This document shows positions 28,711 through 36,538 of a stretch of DNA of 57,345 nucleotides, in pieces. The stretch's first letter is position 1, and each line of letters begins with the position of its first letter. Under the pieces are notes generated by a model. That model made no database searches. It saw nothing but the letters and a program-made list of their open reading frames with translations, and had not been told where the DNA came from. The stretch comes from an uncultured Ruminococcus sp. (GTDB lineage: Bacteria; Bacillota; Clostridia; Oscillospirales; CAG-272): positions 1-57,345 of the forward strand of contig CAYYKO010000002.1 in assembly GCA_964441695.1 (NCBI GenBank). The letters are read 5' to 3'. Made by a program: the position numbers and the translations under genes.

Positions 28711-28733
28711 AAAAGTACACCTTTTCGTAAAGC
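28703..28733. repeat. Right copy of the paired palindromic element
   Basis: CCTTACAAAAAAGTACAC CTTTTCGTAAAGC, an imperfect palindrome centred on GTAC. 28703-28720 is the reverse complement of the left element (16/16 matches, then a 1-nt indel). Confidence 0.65.
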
Positions 28734-28761
28734 CGCCGTTTTTGCAGGCTACTTAAATATC

Positions 28762-28810
28762 AAAATAACGGGTATTCGGAATATCTCCGAATACCCGTTA
28801 TTTTCGTTTT
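28762..28810. terminator. Bidirectional rho-independent terminator
   Basis: Perfect 17-bp stem AATAACGGGTATTCGGA / TCCGAATACCCGTTATT, 5-nt loop, with A-run and T-run flanks. It lies just downstream of the minus-strand fusion gene. Confidence 0.8.
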
Positions 28811-28824
28811 CGGCACAGCCGCTC

Positions 28825-31323
28825 TTACTTGTTGAGTCCAAGCCTCTCTGCGGCATCCTCGCGCATTTTGTACTTGAGAATTTTGCCCGCCGCGTTCATC
28901 GGGAACGACTTTACGAATTCAACGTATCTCGGCACCTTATGACGCGCCATGTGAGAGCGAATGTACTCCTTCATCTCGTCGGCGGTCATCTCCTCGCCCT
29001 CCTTCAGGATAATGCACGCCATGATCTCCTCGCCGTACTGCTTGTCGGGCACGCCGATGACCTGAACGTCCTTGACCTTGGGGCAGGTGTAGATGAATTC
29101 CTCGATCTCCTTCGGATAGATATTCTCTCCTCCGCGGATGATCATATCCTTGAGTCGACCCGTGATGCGGTAATTGCCGTCGGCGTCGCGTGCGGCAAGG
29201 TCTCCCGTGTGGAGCCAGCCCTCGCTGTCGATGGCAGCCGCCGTGGCGGAGGGCATCTTGTAGTAGCCCTTCATTATATTATATCCGCGTGCAACGAACT
29301 CGCCGTTTACTCCGTCGGGACAATCCTCTCCCGTCTCGGGGTCGACGATCTTGCACTCGACATTCGCGAACGCGCTTCCGACAGTCTCCGTTCTCACGTC
29401 AAGCGACTCGTAATAGCTGCTCATCGTGCAGCCGGGGCTCGCCTCCGTCTGACCGTATACCGAGACGATCTGCTTCATGTTCATCGTCTCCGTAGCCTTT
29501 TTCATCAGCTCCGCGGGGCAGTTCGCGCCCGCCATGATACCCGTGCGAATGTGCGAGAAATCTGTCTTTTCAAAGTCGGGATGCTGCATCATCGCAATAA
29601 ACATGGTCGGCACGCCGTTGAAGCACGTGATCCTCTCCTGATTTATGCAGGCGAGAGCCGGCTTCGGTGAGAAATACGGCAGCGGGCACATCGTAGCACC
29701 GTGCGTCATTGATGCTGTCATCGAGAGCACCATTCCGAAGCAGTGGAACATAGGCACCTGTATCATCATACGGTCGGCGGTCGAGAGATCCATGCGGTCT
29801 CCGATGTACTTACCGTTGTTTACGACATTGTAGTGGGTGAGCATGACTCCCTTGGGGAAGCCCGTCGTGCCTGAGGTGTACTGCATATTGCAGACGTCGT
29901 TGCGGTCAACGGCGGCAGCCATGCGGCGAAGCTCGGATACGGGGACGTCCTCGTAGCGCTCCTCAGCCTGCTTCCAGGTGAGGCAGCCCTTCTGCTTGAA
30001 GCCGACCGTGATAATATTGCGTAAGAACGGCAGGCGGCGGCAGTGGAGCGGATGACCCGCGCGTGCGGTAAGCGTCTCGGGGCAAAGCTCGGCAACTATC
30101 GCGCCGTAGTCTGTCTCCTTCGTGCCCTGAGTCATGATAAGCGTGTGCGTATCGGACTGGCGGAGCAGATACTCGAGCTCGTGTATCTTGTATGCGGTAT
30201 TGACGGTAACGAGCACCGCGCCGATCTTTACCGTTGCCCAGAACGAGATGTACCACTGCGGCACGTTTGACGCCCATACTGCAACGTGGTCTCCCGCCTT
30301 GACGCCGAGAGAGATGAGGCTTCGTGCGAAGCGGTCGACGTCGTCGCGGAACTCGCTGTAGGTACGTGTGTAATCGAGAGTCGTATATTTGAAGGCGTAC
30401 TGATCGGGGAAGTCCTCGACCATGCGGTCAAGCACCTCTGAGAAGGTAAGGTCGATAAGGTCGTCCTTCTTCCAGACAAAGCGACCGGTGTGCGTCTCGT
30501 TGTAGTAGAAGCTCTTTTCGTTCTGAGAGGGGTCGCCGAACTGTCTCATGTAATTCTGGAACTGCGTGAGCACGGTCTCCATGTCGTCAAGCTCCTCGCA
30601 CCATGCGGGATCCCAGACGAGCGATACAAAGCCGTCGTAATTGACGCTTCTGAGCGCGGACACGATCTCGCGCACGGGCAGCTCGCCTTCGCCGGCGAGG
30701 CGATATTCGGCAACGCCGCCGGTCGCGTCGATATCGCTGAAGTGCACGAGCCTGACGTATGCGCCGAGGTTCTTTATTATGACCTCGGGATCCTTCTCGG
30801 CGAAATATGCCTCGGAAACATTCCAAAGTGCGCCGACGCTGTCGCTTGCGAAGCGGTCAAGCGTCTCGCAAAGGCGTGCGCTGTCGCGATAAACACCGGA
30901 GGTTTCGAGCAGGAGCGTAACACCAAGCTCCTCGGCGCGCGGGAGCACCCTCTCGATAAATGCCTCAACGCGCTCGACTCCGTCCTCGTCGTCACCGCAG
31001 CAGCTTCTGAAGCGGATGTACGGAATATGCAGAAAGCGTGCTATCTCGAAGCATCTTTCAGTCTCCTCCACAGCCGTATCGGTCGTGCCCTCGGCTGAAA
31101 TATCGCAGATCGTATCGATGCAGGGAACGGTAAGCTCGCGGTCGTAGAGCATACGCTGCGTCGACGCCGCGGAATAATCGTGAAAGGCTCCGTCACGGTC
31201 GGTAAAGAGAGCGCCGTTTACGTTATGCAGCTCGATTCCGTCGAACTTGAGGTCGTGAGCGATATTGCAAAAATCCTCAAAGCTGCAATCATGCCAGCCC
31301 TTTGTTGAAAAAGAAAGCTTCAT
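28825..31323 (-). CDS. Fusion protein: N-terminal xylose-isomerase-like TIM barrel (sugar-phosphate isomerase/epimerase family) plus C-terminal AMP-forming acyl-CoA synthetase/ligase
   Basis: 832 aa. Residues 1 to about 270 (MKLSFSTKGWHDCSFEDFCNIAHDLKFDGIELHNV...LLLETSG...VRLVHFSD...) form an AP-endonuclease-2/XylA-like TIM barrel. From about residue 285 come the ANL-superfamily motifs: ...QYTSGTTGFPKGVMLTHYN..., ...YGQTE..., ...GWLHTGDLA...RLKDMIIRGGENIYP..., ...AAGKILK.... Confidence 0.85.
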   Translation of the reverse strand: MKLSFSTKGWHDCSFEDFCNIAHDLKFDGIELHNVNGALFTDRDGAFHDYSAASTQRMLYDRELTVPCIDTICDISAEGTTDTAVEETERCFEIARFLHIPYIRFRSCCGDDEDGVERVEAFIERVLPRAEELGVTLLLETSGVYRDSARLCETLDRFASDSVGALWNVSEAYFAEKDPEVIIKNLGAYVRLVHFSDIDATGGVAEYRLAGEGELPVREIVSALRSVNYDGFVSLVWDPAWCEELDDMETVLTQFQNYMRQFGDPSQNEKSFYYNETHTGRFVWKKDDLIDLTFSEVLDRMVEDFPDQYAFKYTTLDYTRTYSEFRDDVDRFARSLISLGVKAGDHVAVWASNVPQWYISFWATVKIGAVLVTVNTAYKIHELEYLLRQSDTHTLIMTQGTKETDYGAIVAELCPETLTARAGHPLHCRRLPFLRNIITVGFKQKGCLTWKQAEERYEDVPVSELRRMAAAVDRNDVCNMQYTSGTTGFPKGVMLTHYNVVNNGKYIGDRMDLSTADRMMIQVPMFHCFGMVLSMTASMTHGATMCPLPYFSPKPALACINQERITCFNGVPTMFIAMMQHPDFEKTDFSHIRTGIMAGANCPAELMKKATETMNMKQIVSVYGQTEASPGCTMSSYYESLDVRTETVGSAFANVECKIVDPETGEDCPDGVNGEFVARGYNIMKGYYKMPSATAAAIDSEGWLHTGDLAARDADGNYRITGRLKDMIIRGGENIYPKEIEEFIYTCPKVKDVQVIGVPDKQYGEEIMACIILKEGEEMTADEMKEYIRSHMARHKVPRYVEFVKSFPMNAAGKILKYKMREDAAERLGLNK

Positions 31324-31341
31324 TTCGGTCTCCTCCCCGCA

Positions 31342-32727
31342 TTACGCGTTGTGCTCCTCGTAAACTATCTTGTTTACGGCGTTAATGTATGCTCTGATGC
31401 TTGCGCCGACGATGTCCGTGGACACGCCGTTTCCGGAATACAGTCTGCCCTCGAAGCGAAGCTTTACGACTGCGTTTCCGATAGCCTCCTGACCCTCCGT
31501 TACGGAGCGGATCATAAAGTCGTCAAGCTCGTAGCTGCTTCCTGTTACCTGACCTATCGCGCGGAAGGCGGCGTCGATCGGACCGTCACCGAGAGAGACG
31601 CCGACAAGCGTGCGTCCGTCGCGCTCGAGCGTGATCTGCGCGCTTGAATTGATAATATTGCCGTTGTTTACAACGTAGCTGACAAGCTTATAGGAATCGG
31701 GCACCTGGAGCGCTACCGAGGCGACTATCGCCTCAAGCTCCGCAGAGCCGACTCTCTTCTTCTCGCCGACGCGTCCGATCTCCTCATGAACGCGGGCGCA
31801 GTCCTCATCGGACAGATCGTAGCCGAGTCGTGCGACAGCAGCGGCAACACTTTCAACGGTGTCGGAGGCGTCAAGGCTGACTCCGTCGTTTTCGTCTGCC
31901 GACGGCGCGCCGACTGTCTTCTCGCTCTTTGCGCTTCCGGTAATGCGGCGAAGCTGCTCGGTTATTCTGTGAAGCTCTGTATAAGTAATGTCGGAGGAGA
32001 TGCCGAAGCTCTCTCCGCAGTTTTTGACAAGTGTCGCGAAGGTCTCGGTCTGCGCGCTCTCGCCGTCAACGGCGCACTTGACAAACGATACGCCGCGGCA
32101 AGCCGCCATCGTGAGGGAGGCTACGGCAAGACCGTTTTTGTCGGAGCAGGACGCACCGACGGGAACACCGGCACAGGAGGCAACGCTCTCTGTGAAGGCT
32201 GCAAATGCGTCGGGGAGCATTTCGGCGGCGCTGTCGCAAACGCTGACATAAGATGCTCCGGCGTCAACTGCCGTGCGGATAGCATCGTCAAGGAAGCTCC
32301 TTTCGGCTCTTGTCGCATCAACGGCGCAGAACTCAACCTCGGCGACGTGAGACACTGCAAGCTTTACCGACTTTTCGATCCACTCAAGCATCGCGGCGGG
32401 CTTCTTCATCATGAAGTACTCCATTCCGACAGACGAGGTGGGGAGTGCGATTTTAATTCTCGCGCGGGGCGCCGAGCTGAGTGCGGCAGCGGCATTTTCG
32501 ATGCTCTCGGCGGAGCTTCCCGCAGCGACGGAAAGTGTGCTGTTTTTTACAAAGGATGACGCTGTACGCACCATCAGTATATCACTTTTGGGGTTGGCGA
32601 TCTCGGGCAGCTCGATAATATCGCACCTCATGCGATCGAGCTGGCGGATGATCTCGAGCTTCTCCTTAAAGCTGAAGCTTCTGTCCTCACGGCAAAGCGT
32701 GGCATCGGCAATTTTGACCTTGTTCAT
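31342..32727 (-). CDS. 2-isopropylmalate-synthase-like protein with degenerate active site (HMGL-like barrel plus LeuA_dimer regulatory domain)
   Basis: 461 aa, collinear with LeuA. It has DATLCREDR where LeuA has DTTLRDGEQ, and ...GASCSDKNGLAVAS... where LeuA has ...HCHDDLGMAVAN... (both His replaced by Ser). The C-terminal ...GDGPIDAAFRAI...AIGNAVVKLRFEGRLYSGNGVSTDIVGASIRAYINAVNK... retains the LeuA allosteric domain. Confidence 0.8.
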   Translation of the reverse strand: MNKVKIADATLCREDRSFSFKEKLEIIRQLDRMRCDIIELPEIANPKSDILMVRTASSFVKNSTLSVAAGSSAESIENAAAALSSAPRARIKIALPTSSVGMEYFMMKKPAAMLEWIEKSVKLAVSHVAEVEFCAVDATRAERSFLDDAIRTAVDAGASYVSVCDSAAEMLPDAFAAFTESVASCAGVPVGASCSDKNGLAVASLTMAACRGVSFVKCAVDGESAQTETFATLVKNCGESFGISSDITYTELHRITEQLRRITGSAKSEKTVGAPSADENDGVSLDASDTVESVAAAVARLGYDLSDEDCARVHEEIGRVGEKKRVGSAELEAIVASVALQVPDSYKLVSYVVNNGNIINSSAQITLERDGRTLVGVSLGDGPIDAAFRAIGQVTGSSYELDDFMIRSVTEGQEAIGNAVVKLRFEGRLYSGNGVSTDIVGASIRAYINAVNKIVYEEHNA

Positions 32728-32774
32728 GTTGTTTTCCTTTCGAATTCAATCAAATATTCTGCCTGCGGCGTCTG

Positions 32775-33055
32775 CGAAAAAGAAAAGCCCTGAAATCGGA
32801 TAATCCGACTTCAGGGACGAAATGCTTCGCGGTACCACCCTGTTTACCGTCAAGAAAAAACGGTCAACTCGTCAGAGCTCAGGCAAGCTCCCGGTCATGA
32901 TAACGGGACCGTCCGTAGCCGTTTACTGTAATTCGACGACTCTGCTCCGAAATGAGACTTCACATCCACCGCCAATATCGGCTCGCACCTGCCGCCGACT
33001 CTCTGAAATGTGGCAAAGCGGAGGAATAATTCCATCAACGCATTTGAATAAGTTG
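32775..33055 (-). promoter_or_regulatory. T-box riboswitch leader, probable Leu (CUC) specifier
   Basis: Minus-strand elements in order: UGCGUUGAUGG (GA/K-turn), AGAGAG bulge, GGUGCGA distal loop, GAAGU-CUC-A specifier loop (CUC = plus-strand 32954-32956) closing on UUUCGGAGCA, T-box sequence AACAGGGUGGUACCGCG (core at 32828-32840), and a terminator stem at 32788-32816 plus U-run. Confidence 0.8.
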
Positions 33056-33060
33056 CCGTT

Positions 33061-33089
33061 ATTATACCACCGCTCGCCCGACTTGTCAA
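33061..33089 (-). promoter_or_regulatory. Consensus sigma-A promoter for the T-box operon
   Basis: Minus strand: TTGACA (33089-33084), 17-nt spacer, TATAAT (33066-33061), with TGg extended -10. Confidence 0.65.
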
Positions 33090-33122
33090 GCTTTTTCAAG
33101 AAAAAAACGCATTTTCTTCGTA

Positions 33123-33163
33123 TAAAAAATGCGGGAGCCTCGCGTCATTGCCGAGGCTCCCGC
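33123..33163 (-). terminator. Rho-independent terminator
   Basis: 12-bp stem GCGGGAGCCTCG / CGAGGCTCCCGC, followed on the minus strand by TTTTTT. It isolates the upstream gene from the T-box operon. Confidence 0.75.
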
Positions 33164-33170
33164 ACATTTT

Positions 33171-34373
33171 TTACTTTCTGTCTATTCTGAACAGACGCAT
33201 CTGTCCGGCATAGAGCGCAATGTTTTCCTTACCCGAGTCGGAGCTGTCGCCGATACCCGCTCCGTTGCAGATAACCTCGCGAACGGCACACCTTGCAGGG
33301 TCGAACTCGATGTTCACCGAGCCGTGGATCTTCGTCATCGCGTTAACGGCGCAGAGGTATTCCTGACCGTTGTCATCCTCGAAGAAGCTGACGAGAATGT
33401 CGTCCCAGACCGCGCTGACCTTGACAAGGTCGTGGTCTCCCTCCCGGAAGCGCGGAAAAACATCGGTGATGTTGTCGCCGAGCATATACGTGCTCTTTCT
33501 GTGAAGCGTCGGCATTATCTCTCCGTAATGATCAGCAAAACGGCGCTGTGCGCGGAGCATATCGTAGTATGTATCGGTCTTGTTACCGTACTCGTCGATA
33601 GGCGAGCCGAAATATTCGTTACCCATCATGCGGTCGTAGAAGCGGAACCAGATATTACCGCGGCAGCCGCAGGCTGCGGGAACGGTTATCTGCCAGAGAA
33701 GCTCGTGGTAATTCGGCTTTCTGTATGCGTAATGTGCGCTCGAGAGTGTGTTCGCCCAAATATCGAGACCCGCCTTCTCGGCTGCGCCGACGACTACCTT
33801 AAGCGAATAAATATCGTCTCTGAGAGTCTTCTCGTTTATCATGCTTCCGTAAAGGTCGAGGCTTGCAAAGCTTGCGCCCTTCTCGCGGATATACTTGAAC
33901 CACTCCTCAAGCGTGCGACCGCCGAGAGCATCCTTTGAAAGCACGGGGGTGTCTCCGCAAAGGTTAACGTATGCCTTCAGCTCGGGAGCTACACGGTGGT
34001 GTATCTCAAAGCACTTGGCTGTCGCCTCAAGCGACTCCTTATCGCTCGGCTCGTCGCCGATGAAGAAGCCGTAAAGCGCGGGATGACCCTTAAGAGGCTC
34101 GTATACCGTGCGAAGATTCTGCTCAAGCTGCTCCTCGCTGATATGTCTGAGATCTCCGTAGGAAAGACCGGCGCAATTGACGATCATCTTCACACCGAGC
34201 TCCGCTGCGCGGTCAAGGAAGGGCTTTACCGTGCGAACGCCCTCCTCGCTGCACGGGATCGAGGGGGTCATCGGAACTGTCATTCCGCATTCCTTCCACA
34301 CCTCGACCTCGTCGGGAGTGAAATCCGACGTGGGGTTATATACCCACATTGAAAAGGGATATTTTTCTGCCAT
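33171..34373 (-). CDS. Hypothetical protein, possibly a glycoside-hydrolase-like TIM barrel (400 aa)
   Basis: Start placed at ATG 34373 (MAEKYPFSMW...) after GGAGAA. Alternating beta/alpha pattern with ...YGFFIGDEPS... and ...LDIWANT... loosely recalls GH42/GH35-type barrels. No firm family assignment. Confidence 0.65.
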   Translation of the reverse strand: MAEKYPFSMWVYNPTSDFTPDEVEVWKECGMTVPMTPSIPCSEEGVRTVKPFLDRAAELGVKMIVNCAGLSYGDLRHISEEQLEQNLRTVYEPLKGHPALYGFFIGDEPSDKESLEATAKCFEIHHRVAPELKAYVNLCGDTPVLSKDALGGRTLEEWFKYIREKGASFASLDLYGSMINEKTLRDDIYSLKVVVGAAEKAGLDIWANTLSSAHYAYRKPNYHELLWQITVPAACGCRGNIWFRFYDRMMGNEYFGSPIDEYGNKTDTYYDMLRAQRRFADHYGEIMPTLHRKSTYMLGDNITDVFPRFREGDHDLVKVSAVWDDILVSFFEDDNGQEYLCAVNAMTKIHGSVNIEFDPARCAVREVICNGAGIGDSSDSGKENIALYAGQMRLFRIDRK

Positions 34374-34437
34374 AATATTTCTCCGTTCTCCGCCGTTCGG
34401 CGGCAATTGATTACTAAGCTCAAGTGTCTAAGGCAGC

Positions 34438-35247
34438 TTACGCCTTTGCAAGCTCATCGCTGCGTCTGAGGCATGCCTTCATGCAGTCCTCGACCGTCTT
34501 GTCGAAATCGGAGGCATTGAGGGAGTCGAGCGCCGCCTCCGTCGTTCCCTTCTTCGAGGTAACTCTCTCGCGAAGGGTCGCAGGGGAAATTCCGTTTTGA
34601 TCGATGACCTGCGCCGTTCCGACGAGCGTCTGCACCGCAAACGCCTCTGCCGCGTCCTCGGGAATTCCGAGCGTGACCGCCGCGCGAGCCATAGACTCGA
34701 CCATGCGGCAAATATACGCCGGTCCGCTTCCGGAAAGCGCCGTATATGCCGATATCATGTCCTCCTCGACGCGTCTGATTATTCCGAGCGGGGCAAAAAC
34801 AGCCTCGGCAAGAGCCGCCTCAGCGTCACCCGCGGCGCGTCCGAGCGCGTACACGGTAGCCGAGCGTCCGACGGACAGAGGCATATTCGGCATAAAGCGA
34901 ACGACACGTGCGCCGCCGAGCTCGTCCTCGAGACGTGCGGTCGATATTCCCGCCATTATCGAAAAATAAAGCTTGTCGGAGGTAAGATACTCTCCGTACA
35001 TGCTAAGTGCCTCGGGAAGCACCTGCGGCTTGATTCCGAAGACAACGGTGTCGCACTCCGCAAGGCTCTCCGCCGTGCGGCAGGCAATTCCGTGGCTCTC
35101 CGCCGCGCTTTTCGCGACCTCCGGGAAGGCGTCGTTTATGCAGTATATATTCTCCGGCGCAATAAGTCCCGCACCGAGAATTCCGTCTATCATTGCGCCC
35201 GCCATGAAGCCGACTCCGATAAAGGCAAGCTTTCCTTCAATCTTCAT
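34438..35247 (-). CDS. proC: Pyrroline-5-carboxylate reductase
   Basis: 269 aa. NAD(P)-binding ...LAFIGVGFMAGAMI... and the C-terminal ...VTSKKGTTEAAL... ProC signature. Confidence 0.92.
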   Translation of the reverse strand: MKIEGKLAFIGVGFMAGAMIDGILGAGLIAPENIYCINDAFPEVAKSAAESHGIACRTAESLAECDTVVFGIKPQVLPEALSMYGEYLTSDKLYFSIMAGISTARLEDELGGARVVRFMPNMPLSVGRSATVYALGRAAGDAEAALAEAVFAPLGIIRRVEEDMISAYTALSGSGPAYICRMVESMARAAVTLGIPEDAAEAFAVQTLVGTAQVIDQNGISPATLRERVTSKKGTTEAALDSLNASDFDKTVEDCMKACLRRSDELAKA

Positions 35248-35257
35248 TTCCCGTGCC

Positions 35258-36505
35258 TCACTTTCTTATCTGTCCCGTGCCCTCGACGATGAACTTGTAC
35301 GAGGTTATCTCACGAAGCCCGAGCGGACCGCGCGCGTGCATTTTCTGTGTTGAAATACCGATCTCCGCGCCGAAGCCGTATTCGAAGCCGTCGGTAAAGC
35401 GTGTCGAGGCATTGACATTCACAGCCGCCGCGTCGACCTCGCGAATAAACCTGTCAGCCGCCGCGCGGTCGTTTGTGATTATCGCCTCGGTATGTCCCGT
35501 GCCGTAGCGTCTGATATGCGCAATGGCATCGTCTATGCTGTCGACGAGCTTCACCGCCATATCGAGCGAAAGAAATTCACTCGCAAGCTCACTCTCTGTG
35601 ACCGGAACGGCATAGGGGACAAGGGCACAAAGCCTCGGGCAGCCGTGTACGGTAACGCCTGCGGCGCGAAGTGAGTCGCAAAGCCTTACCGCAAGCTCGG
35701 GGCGGGACGCGTGAACGAGCAGAGTCTCAGCGGCGTTGCAGACAGCGGGGCGCTGAGTCTTTGCGTTGATGAGAATATTCTCAGCCATCTCGGCATCCGC
35801 GTCGCGGTCAACGTAAATGTGGCAGTTTCCGACGCCCGTCTCGAGCACGGGCACGCGGCAATTCTCAACGACGCGTCTGATGAGTCCCGCGCCTCCGCGA
35901 GGTATCATAAGGTCAATGTAGCCGCGAAGCGACATCATTTCGTCGACCACGTCGTGCGAGCGTCCATCGACCAGCGACACCGCGTCGCACGGAAGGCTGC
36001 TCTCGGCTAGCGCGTCGCGCATTATTTCGGTAAGCTTTTTGTTCGATTCAAGGGCGCTCGAGCTTCCGCGAAGCATGACGGCACTTCCCGCCTTCAGCGA
36101 AAGCGAGGCGGCATCCACCGTAACGTTCGGGCGCGCCTCGTATATCATTCCGATAACGCCGAGCGGCACGCGAACACGCTTTATCACAAGTCCGTTCGGT
36201 CTTGTCGTCTCCTCGATGACCTCACCGACGGGGTCGGGGAGAGCGACGACCTGACGAACACCGAGCGCAATGTCGGCAATTCTCTTTTCGTTAAGCGTCA
36301 GTCTGTCAATGAGTGCCGCAGAGGTGCCGCTCGCGACAGCTGCGTCAACGTCTCTGCCGTTTGCCTCAAGTATCTCGTCAACACGCGACTCGAGCGCGTC
36401 GGCAATAAGCATGAGTGCGCGATTTTTCTCGTCTGTCGACGCACACGCAAGTGCGCCGGCTGCCGTCTTCGCGCTCTGCGCCTGCTTTACAAGTATCTCG
36501 TTCAT
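35258..36505 (-). CDS. proA: Glutamate-5-semialdehyde dehydrogenase
   Basis: 415 aa. ...YEARPNVTVDA..., catalytic ...VCNAAETLLVH..., and ...HTEAIIT...NASTRFTDG.... Confidence 0.93.
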   Translation of the reverse strand: MNEILVKQAQSAKTAAGALACASTDEKNRALMLIADALESRVDEILEANGRDVDAAVASGTSAALIDRLTLNEKRIADIALGVRQVVALPDPVGEVIEETTRPNGLVIKRVRVPLGVIGMIYEARPNVTVDAASLSLKAGSAVMLRGSSSALESNKKLTEIMRDALAESSLPCDAVSLVDGRSHDVVDEMMSLRGYIDLMIPRGGAGLIRRVVENCRVPVLETGVGNCHIYVDRDADAEMAENILINAKTQRPAVCNAAETLLVHASRPELAVRLCDSLRAAGVTVHGCPRLCALVPYAVPVTESELASEFLSLDMAVKLVDSIDDAIAHIRRYGTGHTEAIITNDRAAADRFIREVDAAAVNVNASTRFTDGFEYGFGAEIGISTQKMHARGPLGLREITSYKFIVEGTGQIRK

Positions 36506-36538
36506 ATTAAAAAGCTTCCTTTCGCTCGTATATCGTCC

